From assembly GCA_963765765.1 (NCBI GenBank), contig CAVXYC010000001.1:192001-256000 (forward strand): DNA of 64,000 nt, read 5' to 3'. Under the pieces are notes generated by a model. That model was not told where the DNA came from, did no database searches, and saw only the letters and a program-made list of their open reading frames with translations. The stretch's first letter is position 1; every line of letters begins with the position of its first letter. Origin of the DNA: an uncultured Chloroflexia bacterium. Its GTDB lineage: Bacteria > Chloroflexota > UBA6077 > JACCZL01. The translations under genes were made by a program, and so were the position numbers. Shown here in pieces: positions 20,178 through 31,096 of the stretch.

Positions 20178-20960
20178 TCAGGACAACTCAAGGACGGGCT
20201 GAAAGTGATCTTCCTCGTGCCACGAGCTGGCCAGAAGCTGAGCAGTCCGCTCGCGCAGGATCTCATCGTGAGCGCGTGCGGGCACGATGAAGAACAGCCT
20301 GCGTGAGCCGCGAGCAAACTGGACCGCCCACACTCGCTCGACATCCAACCGCTCACGGATCGCCGCCATCCGACGCTGAGCCTGCACTTGCGCAGAGCCA
20401 CTCCGATCAGCATGTTGGTAAATCACCAGACTCTGCCCCCGCTGCAAGAATGGCGGCAGATCATCGTAAAACGCGAACTTGGGGCCACGCGAGCGGAATG
20501 GCCCCGTGGAGAGGATCTCGAGCCCATTATCGGGATCGATAATTACAAGCTCACATCCCTCGGTAGCATCCATAGCACCTTGGAGCCATGACGCGCGTGT
20601 GAACGGCCGCAGAGCCCACGCAACATCCTGAAATGAGAGTGGCACTGCAAAGTGCCGGGTGGAGCCTGGAAAAATGCCCAGCTCCATGAGCTTCGCGACA
20701 CGGCGATCTCTGCGCCTGATCAGTACACCGAGTTGCCGATAGAGGTAGGAATCACAACACTCGTACCGGACGACTGGCGCATTCTCCTTGCCGAGATAGG
20801 CGATGTGTTTGCCATCATCTTTTTTGGACTCATCGGGCACCAGGTACCAAACGATCCCCAGTCGGAGCATCGGCTCCGCTCGCGGCTCAATCCCGCAGAG
20901 CCATCGAAGAAGTCCGAACTTACCGAAGTCGCCCACGTCACCCACATATCGGTCCTGCAC
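20178..20960 (-). CDS. Conserved hypothetical protein, possible SAM-dependent methyltransferase-like fold
   Basis: GGAGG RBS + GTG; QDRYVGDVGDFGKFGLLR, W...D, IIDPDNGL, SLVIYQH. Confidence 0.6.
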   Translation of the reverse strand: MQDRYVGDVGDFGKFGLLRWLCGIEPRAEPMLRLGIVWYLVPDESKKDDGKHIAYLGKENAPVVRYECCDSYLYRQLGVLIRRRDRRVAKLMELGIFPGSTRHFAVPLSFQDVAWALRPFTRASWLQGAMDATEGCELVIIDPDNGLEILSTGPFRSRGPKFAFYDDLPPFLQRGQSLVIYQHADRSGSAQVQAQRRMAAIRERLDVERVWAVQFARGSRRLFFIVPARAHDEILRERTAQLLASSWHEEDHFQPVLELS

Positions 20961-21164
20961 CAGTCTTTCCTCCACGGGCCCCCACCCGCGTTTAACACGG
21001 CTCGCTATGACTCCCGCCCGCGGCTCACTATGACTCCCGACCGACCAGTTTACCGGGAGCCATGACCGGCTGATTGTCATAGCTGAAGTTCGACAGCTTT
21101 GACAGTCGTCGTAACGCTGTTAACCGCCTTGGTGACTCCCCAGGTGCTGCGTACCTAGACTCGG

Positions 21165-22299
21165 CTAATCAAGGTTCTCGAAACAGTGCGCGGTGGGAGC
21201 GTTCAGGTCTACCGGCCTGGGGTCGCGCTCCATCATTGGCTTATCTTGCACCGAGGTCCACTCAGTGGGGCCCAGTCCGATAACGGTGTGCAGAGCGACT
21301 TCTATGGCGTCACCGTGCGCTCGAAGCGCGGGAGCAAAGTTCGGGAGATTTAGTGGAAAAACAATGTGCGGATACCAACCTTCACGAATGACTCCGAGGT
21401 CCAGATCAAAGTCTCCTAAACTCTCGTCGTTTGGCGCTTTCTTCAACACTCCGACTAATTAGTCGATGCCATGTGAATTCGTTGCAAGCAAGGCTCGCTC
21501 TGCTGAACGGGTGAAATGGAAAGAGCTCTGCATGTTCACTCCGCACTTCCGAGAGATGATGCTGAACACCGAGAATTGACTCCGTGTCGGTCCGAAAATC
21601 TCACGCCTGGCAAATCGAGCGATCTCATGGACCAAGGAATCGTGGTTCCCGATTGTTAGACGCCGGTGCTCAATTGGCGCAACCCATGAGCCCGCGCCCC
21701 ATCTCAACACGTGGCGATTCCGGCGAGGGACGACCCAAGAACGCAATTCAGGTTGAGTGGTATAGCAATGCCAAGCTCTCTAAAGAGCGGGTCAATGAAT
21801 GGTGTCCATCCCACGTCTGATGTTATAAGCGGCGTATCCTCCTGAGTGTGCATGACGATCCATCGGGCAGCCGTCACGGGAGCCAGAAGCCGCTGGACTT
21901 CGAAAGCCCGAGCGTCGCGATCGAGGGTCCCCTTGTTTCGTCGCATCTCAACTGAAAATCGATCTCTAAATCGTGCTTCCCAATCGGGACCGCGTACAAA
22001 CAGTGCGGTGACGAAGGGAACCAGGACACGCAGCCAGAGTTCGCCGTCTATCTCGGGCGCTCCACTCGCAAGAGCAGACAAGCCTTCTGGAAGGCGACTT
22101 TAGTAATCGAACCAGAGTGCGTCGAGTGCGTCGCCATAAAGATTCCGGACGTAGCCGACGCCTTCAACGCTGGATTCAAAGACTCTTGCGGGTTGGGACC
22201 GACAAATACTGTCCGTTTTCTAGGGTCGACCCGGTTGCTCTGCGAAAAGTTGGCGAGAAACCCTGCTGGCAGGTAGTGTTGCCTAGATCTCGAGGGCAT
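21165..22299 (-). pseudogene. DUF4238-like protein, fragmented across several frames
   Basis: N-terminal QHYLP..FL..F and internal LITSD motifs; lower GC. Confidence 0.6.
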
Positions 22300-22414
22300 A
22301 GCTCGATGGTACCCATGAATGTCGCGACATCCGAAACTTGTCGGACGCCGAGGCTTGGATTGCTCGGTAGCCCTAAATCAACGGCCAGCGTTCGGACAAA
22401 CGAGTTAATCGAAC

Positions 22415-23083
22415 TCAATACTTCGACGTATTGATCTCTTCCATCCGTCCGGTGACTTCGAACACGACGCGCTCGCAGATATTGGTGACACGGTCTGCGC
22501 AGCGCTCGAGGTTGTGTGAGACCCACATGAGCCAGGTGGCGCGATCAAAGTTACTCGGATCTTGCACCATGAGATTGATCAGCTCGCGGTAGACCTGCTC
22601 GTAGAGGCGGTCCACCTCGTCATCTTCGTCGGCGATCGCCCGTGCAAGGTCGGCGTCACGACGGATGTACGCGTCCAGACTGCGGCGCAGCATGTCCTGG
22701 GCCTTCTCCGCCATGAGCGGAATGTCGACCAGCGGCTTGAGCAGCGGGACGTCCTGGTGCATCAGCACGATTCTGGCGATGCCCTCGGCGTAGTCGCCCA
22801 TCCGCTCGAGGTCAACGATGATGTTGAGCGCGGCGACGATGCAGCGGAGGTCCGAGGCCATGGGCTGCTGCGTGGCGATAAGCTGAACGGCCTGTTCCTC
22901 GATGGCGAAGCGGCGAGCGTTGATCTCCTTATCGGTCTGGATGATGCGCCGCGCCTCGGTATGGTCGAGCCGTTTGAGTGCATCCACCGATCGCCCAATT
23001 GCCTTGTCAACCATGCTTCCCAGAGCCAGGATCTCGCTCTGAAGGTGCTGGAGCTCCGCGGTGAAATTTCTGCGCAGTGTCAT
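22415..23083 (-). CDS. phoU: Phosphate signalling protein PhoU
   Basis: ATQQPMASDLR, DLERMGDYAEGIA, DDEVD, NLERCADRVTNICERV. Confidence 0.95.
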   Translation of the reverse strand: MTLRRNFTAELQHLQSEILALGSMVDKAIGRSVDALKRLDHTEARRIIQTDKEINARRFAIEEQAVQLIATQQPMASDLRCIVAALNIIVDLERMGDYAEGIARIVLMHQDVPLLKPLVDIPLMAEKAQDMLRRSLDAYIRRDADLARAIADEDDEVDRLYEQVYRELINLMVQDPSNFDRATWLMWVSHNLERCADRVTNICERVVFEVTGRMEEINTSKY

Positions 23084-23197
23084 CGGTATTCTCCACACGC
23101 CGATTCGGCGAGGCCAGATGCGTCTCCCCAGAGCATGTTGCGCAAGCAATCTGACGCTGTCAAATCTGACGTTCGAAACTCCACAGGAAGCATTGAC

Positions 23198-24020
23198 CTA
23201 TCCGAACCGACCGGTGATGTAGTCCTCCGTCGCTTTCTTGGATGGAGCCGTGAACAGTGTTCGAGTATCGCCAAACTCCACCAGCTCGCCCACGCGCTCC
23301 TCGCCCGCGAGCATGAATGCTGTCTGGTCAGACACGCGCGAGGCCTGCTGCATATTGTGAGTCACAATGATGATCGTGTAGTTCATTTTGAGGTCGTCAA
23401 TCAGCTCTTCAATCTTGTAGGTGGCGATAGGATCCAGCGCGGAGCACGGCTCATCCATGAGCAAGATATCGGGCTCCACAGCCAGCGCTCGCGCGATGCA
23501 CAGCCGCTGCTGCTGTCCGCCCGAAAGTGATGCGCCCGAGTTCTGGAGCTTGTCCTTCACTTCGTCCCAGAGCGCTGCTCCACGCAGGTGCTTCTCCACA
23601 ACTTGATCGAGATTGACTCCGCGCGCTTCGCCGGTGAGCTTCAGCCCGGATGCCACATTGTCATAGATTGACATCATGGGGAACGGGTTGGGCTTCTGAA
23701 ACACCATGCCAATGCGACGCCGAACCCGCACCGGGTCCACGCGAGGAGCGTAGATGTCCTCGCCACGGTAATAGACTTTACCTTCGGCGCGCGCACCCCG
23801 CACCACCTCATGCATCCGATTCGAAACAACGGAGCACGGTGGACTTGCCGCATCCGGAAGGGCCGATGATGGCGGTCACTTTATGCTCTCGAAAGCTCAG
23901 GTTCACGTCTCGAACGGCAATCTTCCCGCCATAATAGGCGTTGAGATTCTCAGTTCGGAGTGCCAGCCCATCAGGGGAGCCCGTGGCCCCGACGGCTGGG
24001 TCTGCGACGTTGAGTGACAT
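23198..24020 (-). CDS. pstB: Phosphate ABC transporter ATPase (frameshift near 23820)
   Basis: [50 protein letters not shown]. Confidence 0.95.
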
Positions 24021-24033
24021 TGAGATGACCTCC

Positions 24034-24909
24034 TCAGGCCTTCCGCCGTACGGCGAGTCGTGCCAGCAGACTCAGACATCCGATGACAATCACGAGCACG
24101 AGAGCGCTGCCCCAGGCCTTGGTATGCCAGTCGTCGTACGGCGACTTCGCAAACGTATAGATCTGGACGGGTAACGCAGCCATGGGCTCCATGATGTTGA
24201 GATTGAAGAATTGATTCCCCAACGCTGTCATGATCAAGGGTGCGGTTTCACCGCCAGCACGGGCCAACGAAAGCACCACGCCCGTGACCACGCCAACACG
24301 TGCCGTGGGCAGTACCACGCCGAGGATGGTTCTCCATTGGGGCACTCCGAGCGCCAGTGAGGCTTCGCGCAGGTTGCCGGGTACCAGGCGCAAGATCTCT
24401 TCAACCGTGCGAGTGACGATGGGCACCATGATGATGGCCAGCGCGACACCACCGGCAAATCCGGAGAAATTGTTGAACACGGTACGCACCAGCACAGCCC
24501 AGACGAAGACGCCGACCACGATGGATGGCAGGCCGGCGAGCATATCGATGACGAAGCGCACGAATTGCGCGAACGATCCGCGACCGATCTCGGAGAGATA
24601 GATTGCCGTCCCGATACCAATAGGTATCGCAATCACGGCCGCCACGAGGAGCATGAGCAGCGTGCCAATGATGGCCGGCGCAACCCCACCGCCCTCCTCA
24701 CCGAAGGGGAGTGGGCGCTCGGTGAAGAAGGCCACATTCATGGCCGGCAAGCCGCGCAGAATCACGTAGCCCAGAATGAAGAGGAGTGCCGTGACGCCGC
24801 AAAGCGCAGCCAGGGTGATGAGCCCCGACGCGAGGTAATTCACATAGCGCCGACGGAGCTCAGATGGCGCTGGCGTCTGAAGTGAGGCAATTGCTGGTGT
24901 AGCCATCAT
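24034..24909 (-). CDS. pstA: Phosphate ABC transporter permease
   Basis: [29 protein letters not shown]. Confidence 0.94.
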   Translation of the reverse strand: MMATPAIASLQTPAPSELRRRYVNYLASGLITLAALCGVTALLFILGYVILRGLPAMNVAFFTERPLPFGEEGGGVAPAIIGTLLMLLVAAVIAIPIGIGTAIYLSEIGRGSFAQFVRFVIDMLAGLPSIVVGVFVWAVLVRTVFNNFSGFAGGVALAIIMVPIVTRTVEEILRLVPGNLREASLALGVPQWRTILGVVLPTARVGVVTGVVLSLARAGGETAPLIMTALGNQFFNLNIMEPMAALPVQIYTFAKSPYDDWHTKAWGSALVLVIVIGCLSLLARLAVRRKA

Positions 24910-24917
24910 TCAGCCCC

Positions 24918-25929
24918 TCAGATCCCGGCTTCCGTGCCCACTCCACTCGCGAATCGAGCTACAAGGAGACGGGCCAGAATATTCACCACCATCGCGACGA
25001 TGAGCAGAGCAACGGCAACCGCGACGATTGCGCTGAAATACATGTCCGTATCGGCTTCATTGAACTGGTTCGCGATAGCGCTGGCCATCGTGTAGCCAGG
25101 CGTAAACAGCGAGGCGTTGATGGACTTGGAGCTGTTGCCGATGACCATGGTCACCGCCATGGTCTCGCCCAGTGCGCGGGCCAGGCCCAGTCCCGCCGCA
25201 CCAGCCAGACCTCCGCGGGCATATGGGAGGACGGCGTTTCTAATGGTCTCCCACTTGGTTGAGCCCAGTGCTAGCATGCCCTCGCGCTGAGTATCAGGAA
25301 CTGCCCTGAAGATCTCTCTCGAGATGGCCATGATAGTCGGGAGGATCATGATCGCCAGGATCACGCCCGCTACCAGCATGTCCTTGCCCAGGATCGGACC
25401 CGAGAAGAGCGCTCCAATCACTGGAATCTGCCCCACGGTGCCTTGAAGCGCGGGCTCGACGTATGACCGCATAAAAGGGGCAAGGACGAAGAAGCCCCAG
25501 AGCCCATAAATGATGCTGGGAATGACGGCCAGCAGCTCGGTGATGAAAGAGACTGGCTCGCGCAGCCATTCGGGTGCATATTCCGCTACGTAGAGGGCCG
25601 CGCCAATGGCGATCGGCGCGGCGATCAACAAGCCAACCAGCGATGTAACAAGCGTTCCGTAGATGAAGTGAGCGGCGCCAAACGACGAGGAACACTGGGT
25701 CCCAGGTGGTGGTGGTGAAGAACGACAAACCGAAACGGTGAAGCGCCGGCATGGCGTAGACCAGGAGCAGTGCCACCAACGCGGCGAAGACGACGACAGA
25801 GCTGGCGGCCAGTACACGCGCTCCGCCGGCAAACCAACGGTCGCCGGTGGATGAGGGTCGGGACCGCGCAGCTTCCCGCGAGATCCCGACGCCACTCTCT
25901 TTAGTTACTTCAGCTTGAGCCGAAGACAT
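24918..25929 (-). CDS. pstC: Phosphate ABC transporter permease (frameshift near 25685)
   Basis: WDP, ELLAVIPSIIYGLWG, LARALGETMAVTMVIGN. Confidence 0.94.
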
Positions 25930-25942
25930 GATCCGGTTTCTC

Positions 25943-26323
25943 CTATGCTTGCGGCTGCTGATCTTCGACAGCTTCTGTCGCGAGATCATCTCGTCGTGGC
26001 GGGGCCTGGGCGTAGGGCAGGTTGTCGGACTTGATGCCCAACGCTTGCGCATTCGGGGACACGCCGTCATGTCCGTAGATGCCTCGCGCTGCCGCCCCGT
26101 ACCATGCGCTCCAACCGTCGCGCGCGACGCCATCCAAAGCATAATCAACGCTGGCCTTCCACGCGTCCGGATCGCCCGGCTGGAAACCCGTCTGCGCGGT
26201 GAACGTGTTCCCCATGCCAGCAATATCGCCCAGATGCTCGTAACCTTTCCCGCCGTAGTGCAGCTGGAACGGCCACCAACTCGAGCCGGTCTTGAACGTG
26301 CCCCGCCGTGCGGGCTCAGTCAT
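25943..26323 (-). CDS. Hypothetical 126-aa protein with lysozyme/transglycosylase-like motifs, between pstS and pstC
   Basis: SWWPFQLHYGG, GMGN.FT..TG, YALD....GWSAWYG; its TAG overlaps the pstC RBS (TAGGAG). Confidence 0.6.
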   Translation of the reverse strand: MTEPARRGTFKTGSSWWPFQLHYGGKGYEHLGDIAGMGNTFTAQTGFQPGDPDAWKASVDYALDGVARDGWSAWYGAAARGIYGHDGVSPNAQALGIKSDNLPYAQAPPRRDDLATEAVEDQQPQA

Positions 26324-26345
26324 GCTTCTCACTGTTTCTGCGGGC

Positions 26346-27579
26346 CTACTGGCCGGGGAACGCTTTCTGGCCACCTGTCGTTATCGAATTGATCATCTCT
26401 TCCGCTCGAGTCACGATCTCTGTGGGGAGCGTTGAGTAGCCAAGCTCGTTGTTCTGCTTCTGGCCTTCGTGCGTTGCCCACCACATGAGGCGAGTGAGGG
26501 CCGTCGCCTTAGCCTTGTCACCGAGCTCCTTGTAGCTAAGCAGCCAGGTGAACCCGGAGATGGGATACGCGGTGGCACCTGGGGCATTGACGATGGATGC
26601 GCGCATGTCGGCTGGCACCTGAGCGCTCATGGCGCTTGCTGCCGCCGTGACCCCCTCGAGCGTGGGCTCCACCCACTCACCGGCCGCATTCTTGATTGTC
26701 GCCACGCCCAATCGGTTCTGGAGTGCATAGATCTGCTCCACGTATCCGATGGAGTACGGGTTCTGCTTGACCTCTCCGGTCACTCCGGGATTGCCCTGAC
26801 CGCCAATGCCAACCGGCCAGTTCACGGAAGTTCCCAAACCAACTCTTGATTTCCAGGTTGGGGATACGGCGCTGAGATAGTCAGTAAAGATGTACGACGT
26901 GCCCGATCCGTCCGATCTGTGGACAACGACGATGGACTTATCAACGCTCGAGAGTCCCGGGTTGTCACTCACGAGCTTAGGGTCGTTCCACTTGGTGATG
27001 TCCCCCAGGAAGATCCCGGCAAGTGTGTCCGCGGATAGCTTCAACGGGTCTTTGAGCTCAGGAATGTTGTAGGTGCCCACCACTGCACCAAGCGCGGTGG
27101 GAATGTGAAGGATTGGGGCTCCCGCGGCCTGGAGCTGCTCTTCAGTCATGGGACCGTCGGTGGCTCCGAAGTCCACCGTCTTGTCGGTAATGGCTTTGAT
27201 ACCGCCACCCGAGCCGATCGCCTGGTAGTTGACCTTGACGTTGGTCAGCTTGTCGTAGTCGTTGAACCATTTGGTATAGAGCGGCGCCGGGAAACGTTGC
27301 ACCGGCCCCAGTGAGGCCGCCAGCTTCGCCGGAGAATGGCCCGGCAATGGCGATACTCGAGGCTGGTGCGCCGCCCGTAGCCCCAGCGGCGGGTGAGCCG
27401 GCCGGCTTGGCCGCCGCCGGAGATGCAGCGGGGGCGTCGCTCTTCGCGGCGGGCGCTGTTGTCGGCTTCGCCGCGTTTTGGTTGGCGGCCGGTGTTGAGG
27501 TACATGCTGCTACTGCAATCGTTGCGGTCAATGCCGCGCCGATCAGACGCCAGCGATGTAGCCAATTATTCATGTTCAT
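26346..27579 (-). CDS. pstS: Phosphate-binding lipoprotein (frameshift near 27290)
   Basis: VAAC lipobox, GAGATFP, YQAIGSGGG, DFGATD, HRSDGSGTS, YPISGFTW. Confidence 0.95.
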
Positions 27580-27663
27580 GTCTCAGAACCTCCATTCATC
27601 TCTCCCCTCGACGTCGCTTCCAGCTCAAGGGCGCTGGGCGGTACATTCCTGAGCCTGGATTCG

Positions 27664-28080
27664 TTACCCAAGCGGAAGCACGGCCTGTCGAAACAGCGGT
27701 GCACGCCGCATTGGTCGAACTTCCGCGGCGATCACTTCCGTCCGCATACGCCGTTCACCTCGACGCGTTTCCCAGGATCTCGTGCGTAATCGGCCAACGA
27801 CCTTGACGAGGGCGCCGCGGCGAAGATCGGCGGCAGCGCTTGCCACCGCTCCATCCGCGATGACACGATGCCAGTCGGTGAGCTGCCTGGTCTCGCCGTC
27901 CGAGCCTCGCAACGACCGATGCGTGGCCAAGCCGAACGACACGATGAGCTCTTGTTGGGTAGTACGGCGCTGTTCTGGATCCTGTCCGACGTATCCGACG
28001 AGCTCAACGCGATTAATTGTCGGATCGTCACACGCAGCACTCGGCCGATCTTCTGGTTTGAACCAGGTCGGCGCGTTCAC
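27664..28080 (-). CDS. ssb: Short single-stranded DNA-binding protein (OB fold, no acidic tail)
   Basis: INRVELVG.VG.DPE, F.LAT, TDWHRV, V.GRLRTRSWE, TEVIA. Confidence 0.88.
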   Translation of the reverse strand: MNAPTWFKPEDRPSAACDDPTINRVELVGYVGQDPEQRRTTQQELIVSFGLATHRSLRGSDGETRQLTDWHRVIADGAVASAAADLRRGALVKVVGRLRTRSWETRRGERRMRTEVIAAEVRPMRRAPLFRQAVLPLG

Positions 28081-28228
28081 TGGTCACACTGTGCGCACCG
28101 AGCCCATCGGCCTGGTGCCTGCTGGCTCGGGCGCTGTCTGCTTGATCAATGTGGCAGTGATCTGAATATGATCCATTGGTGTCAGTAGAAGAGTAAGTGC
28201 GCGACTTCAGCGAGCAGTGAGTCAAAGA

Positions 28229-28267
28229 TCAACACAACTTAAACGCTGCATTAGCACCGGATAACCA
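28229..28267. promoter_or_regulatory. Putative Pho-box-like array of four hexamers at 11-bp period
   Basis: TCAACA (28229), TAAACG (28240), TTAGCA (28251), TAACCA (28262) upstream of ssb-pstS. Confidence 0.45.
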
Positions 28268-28493
28268 GGCGGCCACCGAAGCCAGCATCGGGCGGGGCGG
28301 TTCCGGGATCCGTATCCACGAGGGGCTCTGGCTCACTGGCATGAGACGTGGATGGGGACAGGCGCAGAGTGGCACAGCCGACAGAGTTCTATGAAGCACT
28401 CACTACATGCGTTCCTGGACTTCTGTTGACGGGCTTCCGGCTTGCACAGGACAATCCTGATAATCCCCGCGAAGCCAACTGAGGACAGGATTC

Positions 28494-29594
28494 ATGACCT
28501 TCGCCTATCGAGCTGACCACGTGGGCAGCCTGCTGCGACCGCCGGAGCTTCTCAAAGCCCGCCAGGACGTTGCCTCAGGTGTGCTCGATCCAGAGAAGCT
28601 TCGCGAGCTGGAGGACGCGGCAATCCTGGCGGTGCTAGACATGCAGAAGTCTGCTGGCGTGAGCGCACTGACTGATGGTGAGCTTCGCCGAGCAGCCTGG
28701 ATGACCGACCTGACGGAGGCCGTGGAAGGCTTTGTGCCGGAGCACGTCACGCTCGAGTGGCGCGGCGGGGAGGGGAACGAGGCGCGACCCAGCCTGGCGC
28801 GAGTGGTGGGCGGCAAATTGCAGCAGATCCGCCGCGTCACCGCCCATGAGTCGGGATTTCTCCTGAAGCACGCCCGAGGACCGGTGAAGATGACCATACC
28901 TAGCCCCATGCTTTATGGGCAGGTCGCCTACAAGCCGGGTCTCACCGACCAGTTCTATCCAACGCGTCTCGATCTGATGCTCGCCGTCGCGGCGATTATT
29001 CGCCTCGAGATAGCCGCGCTCATTGATGAGGGCGTGCGCTACATCCAGCTCGACGCGCCCACTTACACGTATCTCGCCGATGATCGCCTACGCCAGCGGC
29101 CAGAGCACAGTGGCGGAGATCCCGAGGCGCAGCTCGATGCATCGATTGCCGCCGACAATGCGGCCGTAAAGGGCCTGCATCGGCCCGACGTGACCCTGGC
29201 CATCCACCTCTGCCGAGGCAACTCTCGAAGTCAGTGGCTGGCTGAGGGCAGCTATGACCCAATCGCCGAGAGGCTTTTCAGCCAGCTCGATGTAAATGCG
29301 TTCCTATTGGAATACGACACCGACCGCGCCGGCGGCTTCGAGCCGCTCCGATTCCTGCCGCCCGGAAAAGCGGTGGTACTCGGGCTCGTCTCATCGAAGC
29401 TTCCAGAGATGGAGTCCAAAGACCTCCTCAAGCGGCGCATCGATGAAGCTTCGAAGTACGTCCCGCTGGAGAACCTCGCCCTGAGCCCCCAATGTGGCTT
29501 TGCCTCAACTGCCGAGGGCAATCTGCTCACGCAGGACGAGCAGCGCAGGAAGCTGGAGCTAGTGGCGGAGGTGGCGCGGGAGGTGTGGGGGTGA
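28494..29594 (+). CDS. Cobalamin-independent methionine synthase II family protein (single catalytic domain)
   Basis: RADHVGSLLRP, TDGELRR, YIQLDAP, HLCRGN, LEYD, LSPQCGFAS. Confidence 0.9.
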   Translation: MTFAYRADHVGSLLRPPELLKARQDVASGVLDPEKLRELEDAAILAVLDMQKSAGVSALTDGELRRAAWMTDLTEAVEGFVPEHVTLEWRGGEGNEARPSLARVVGGKLQQIRRVTAHESGFLLKHARGPVKMTIPSPMLYGQVAYKPGLTDQFYPTRLDLMLAVAAIIRLEIAALIDEGVRYIQLDAPTYTYLADDRLRQRPEHSGGDPEAQLDASIAADNAAVKGLHRPDVTLAIHLCRGNSRSQWLAEGSYDPIAERLFSQLDVNAFLLEYDTDRAGGFEPLRFLPPGKAVVLGLVSSKLPEMESKDLLKRRIDEASKYVPLENLALSPQCGFASTAEGNLLTQDEQRRKLELVAEVAREVWG

Positions 29595-29629
29595 GCCTCG
29601 TTCGCTGATTGAGAAGTCCAGGCGGAGGC

Positions 29630-29794
29630 TTAACGCTTCTCAGGGGGCTCTTCAAGAACCTCCTGTGCATCGGAAATCACTCGCGCGATGGGACGTCCTC
29701 GCTCAGTGATTACGAGCTCACCGCCGGCACCGACATATTGCACGTACTTGTGGATATGGCGACGGAACTCGGTGACAGTCACTGTTGTGGCCAT
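29630..29794 (-). CDS. Phd/YefM family antitoxin, 54 aa (not in ORF track)
   Basis: MATTVTVTEFRRHIHKYVQYVGAGGELVITERGRPIARVISDAQEVLEEPPEKR; TACAAT just upstream. Confidence 0.8.
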   Translation of the reverse strand: MATTVTVTEFRRHIHKYVQYVGAGGELVITERGRPIARVISDAQEVLEEPPEKR

Positions 29795-29955
29795 TGTGTA
29801 CGGGATTGTAAGTGAAGCCTGAGCGTCCTTAACACAGGTCCGATTGAAGCGGCGACAAGACGTCGGTGGTCGATGAGTCGGATGATGATTCCTGTTTCGC
29901 CGTGAGCCGGTAGTAAACTACCGGCTCACTGAGTAATCCGGTCCGAGGCCCGACG

Positions 29956-30973
29956 ATGCGCTTTCACCTCCACCTTTTACCCACCTATCACCCCGACCGG
30001 GACGCGCCGTTTGACGTGTACTACCAACACGTGCTGGAACAGGTGGAGCTGGCCGAAGAGCTGGGATTCGAGACGTTCTGGTGTACGGAGCATCACTTTC
30101 TGCTCTACGGTGGACCAGTTCCAAACCCGGCGGTGTTCATGGCTGCCGTGGCGGCGCGAACGTCGAAGATTCGGCTGGGCTCGTCCATTTCTATCCTGCC
30201 GCTTCACCATCCGCTCCAGGTGGCGGAAGACTACGCCATGGTGGACGTAGCGTCAGGCGGGCGGCTGGACTTTGGTATCGGCATGGGGAATACCCCGGTC
30301 GACTTCGAGCACTACGGCATTCCGCGCGAACAGAGCCGTGAGCGCTTCGAGGAAGCCGCCGAGGTCGTGATCAAGGCCTGGTCACAGGAGCGCTTCAGCC
30401 ATCAGGGCAAACACTGGAGTATGGACGACGTGGAGGTGTACCCGCGTCCAGTCCAGCGACCCTACCCGCCATTCTGGGTAGCCGGTGGCTCTCCTGAATC
30501 GCTTGGCTGGGCAGGGCGACACGGCGCCGGCATCATGACCGTGGCGCATCCCTATCCGCCTGAGAAGCTCATCCCCGGGCATGGCCGCCTGGCGCGCCGG
30601 ACTCGAGGAAGGCGGCCACGATCCCGCTTCGGCGCACTGCAAGATTCATCTTCGGGTGTGGGTGGACGAATCGTCAGAGAAAGCCTGTGAGACAGCCCAG
30701 GCGGCGATCCTTCGCTATGACGACCTCATGATGAAGGGCCGGGTGGCGCGCGAGTTTGCGCCGCCCGATCAGTACGACTGGGATGGCATGCGCGCGCGAG
30801 GACGCAATGTCTACGGCAATCCGGACGAGTGCATTCAGGGCATCCGCAATACGATGGCGAACTACGACTTCGATATCTTCAGCGCCACCTTTAATTTCGG
30901 CGGCATCCCGCATGAGGACGTGAAGCGTGCGATGAAGCTTTTTGCTCGAGAGGTCATGCCGGCCTTCAAGTGA
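29956..30973 (+). CDS. LLM class flavin-dependent oxidoreductase (frameshift near 30580)
   Basis: AEELGF..FW.TEHHF, LHHPLQVAED.AMVD..SGGRLDFGIG, FAREVMPAF. Confidence 0.9.
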
Positions 30974-30977
30974 CGAA

Positions 30978-31048
30978 TTAAGAGTGCAGAGTTAAAAGTG
31001 AATAGTGAAGAGCGGATGACTTTCCTCGTCTTAACTCTGCACTCTTAA
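30978..31048. repeat. Heptamer-built inverted repeat, probable terminator/stabilising hairpin
   Basis: TTAAGAGTGCAGAGTTAA ... TTAACTCTGCACTCTTAA. Confidence 0.65.
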
Positions 31049-31096
31049 CTCTCCGCCCTTGCCCATCCGGTTCGGTGCTGACTAAGATGACGTCGT

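Noticed and set aside
22562-23530. Long antisense ORFs (also 13863..14744, 31842..32861, 36161..36970)
   Set aside because: Shadow frames of well-supported genes in high-GC DNA
28081-28176. In-frame TGA upstream of ssb as selenocysteine or readthrough
   Set aside because: Upstream peptide shows no recognisable homology and no SECIS-like hairpin is evident
29956-30973. LLM monooxygenase as the missing CobG substitute
   Set aside because: Separated from the cob operon by a hairpin, promoter and riboswitch; a common paralogue family with no specific evidence
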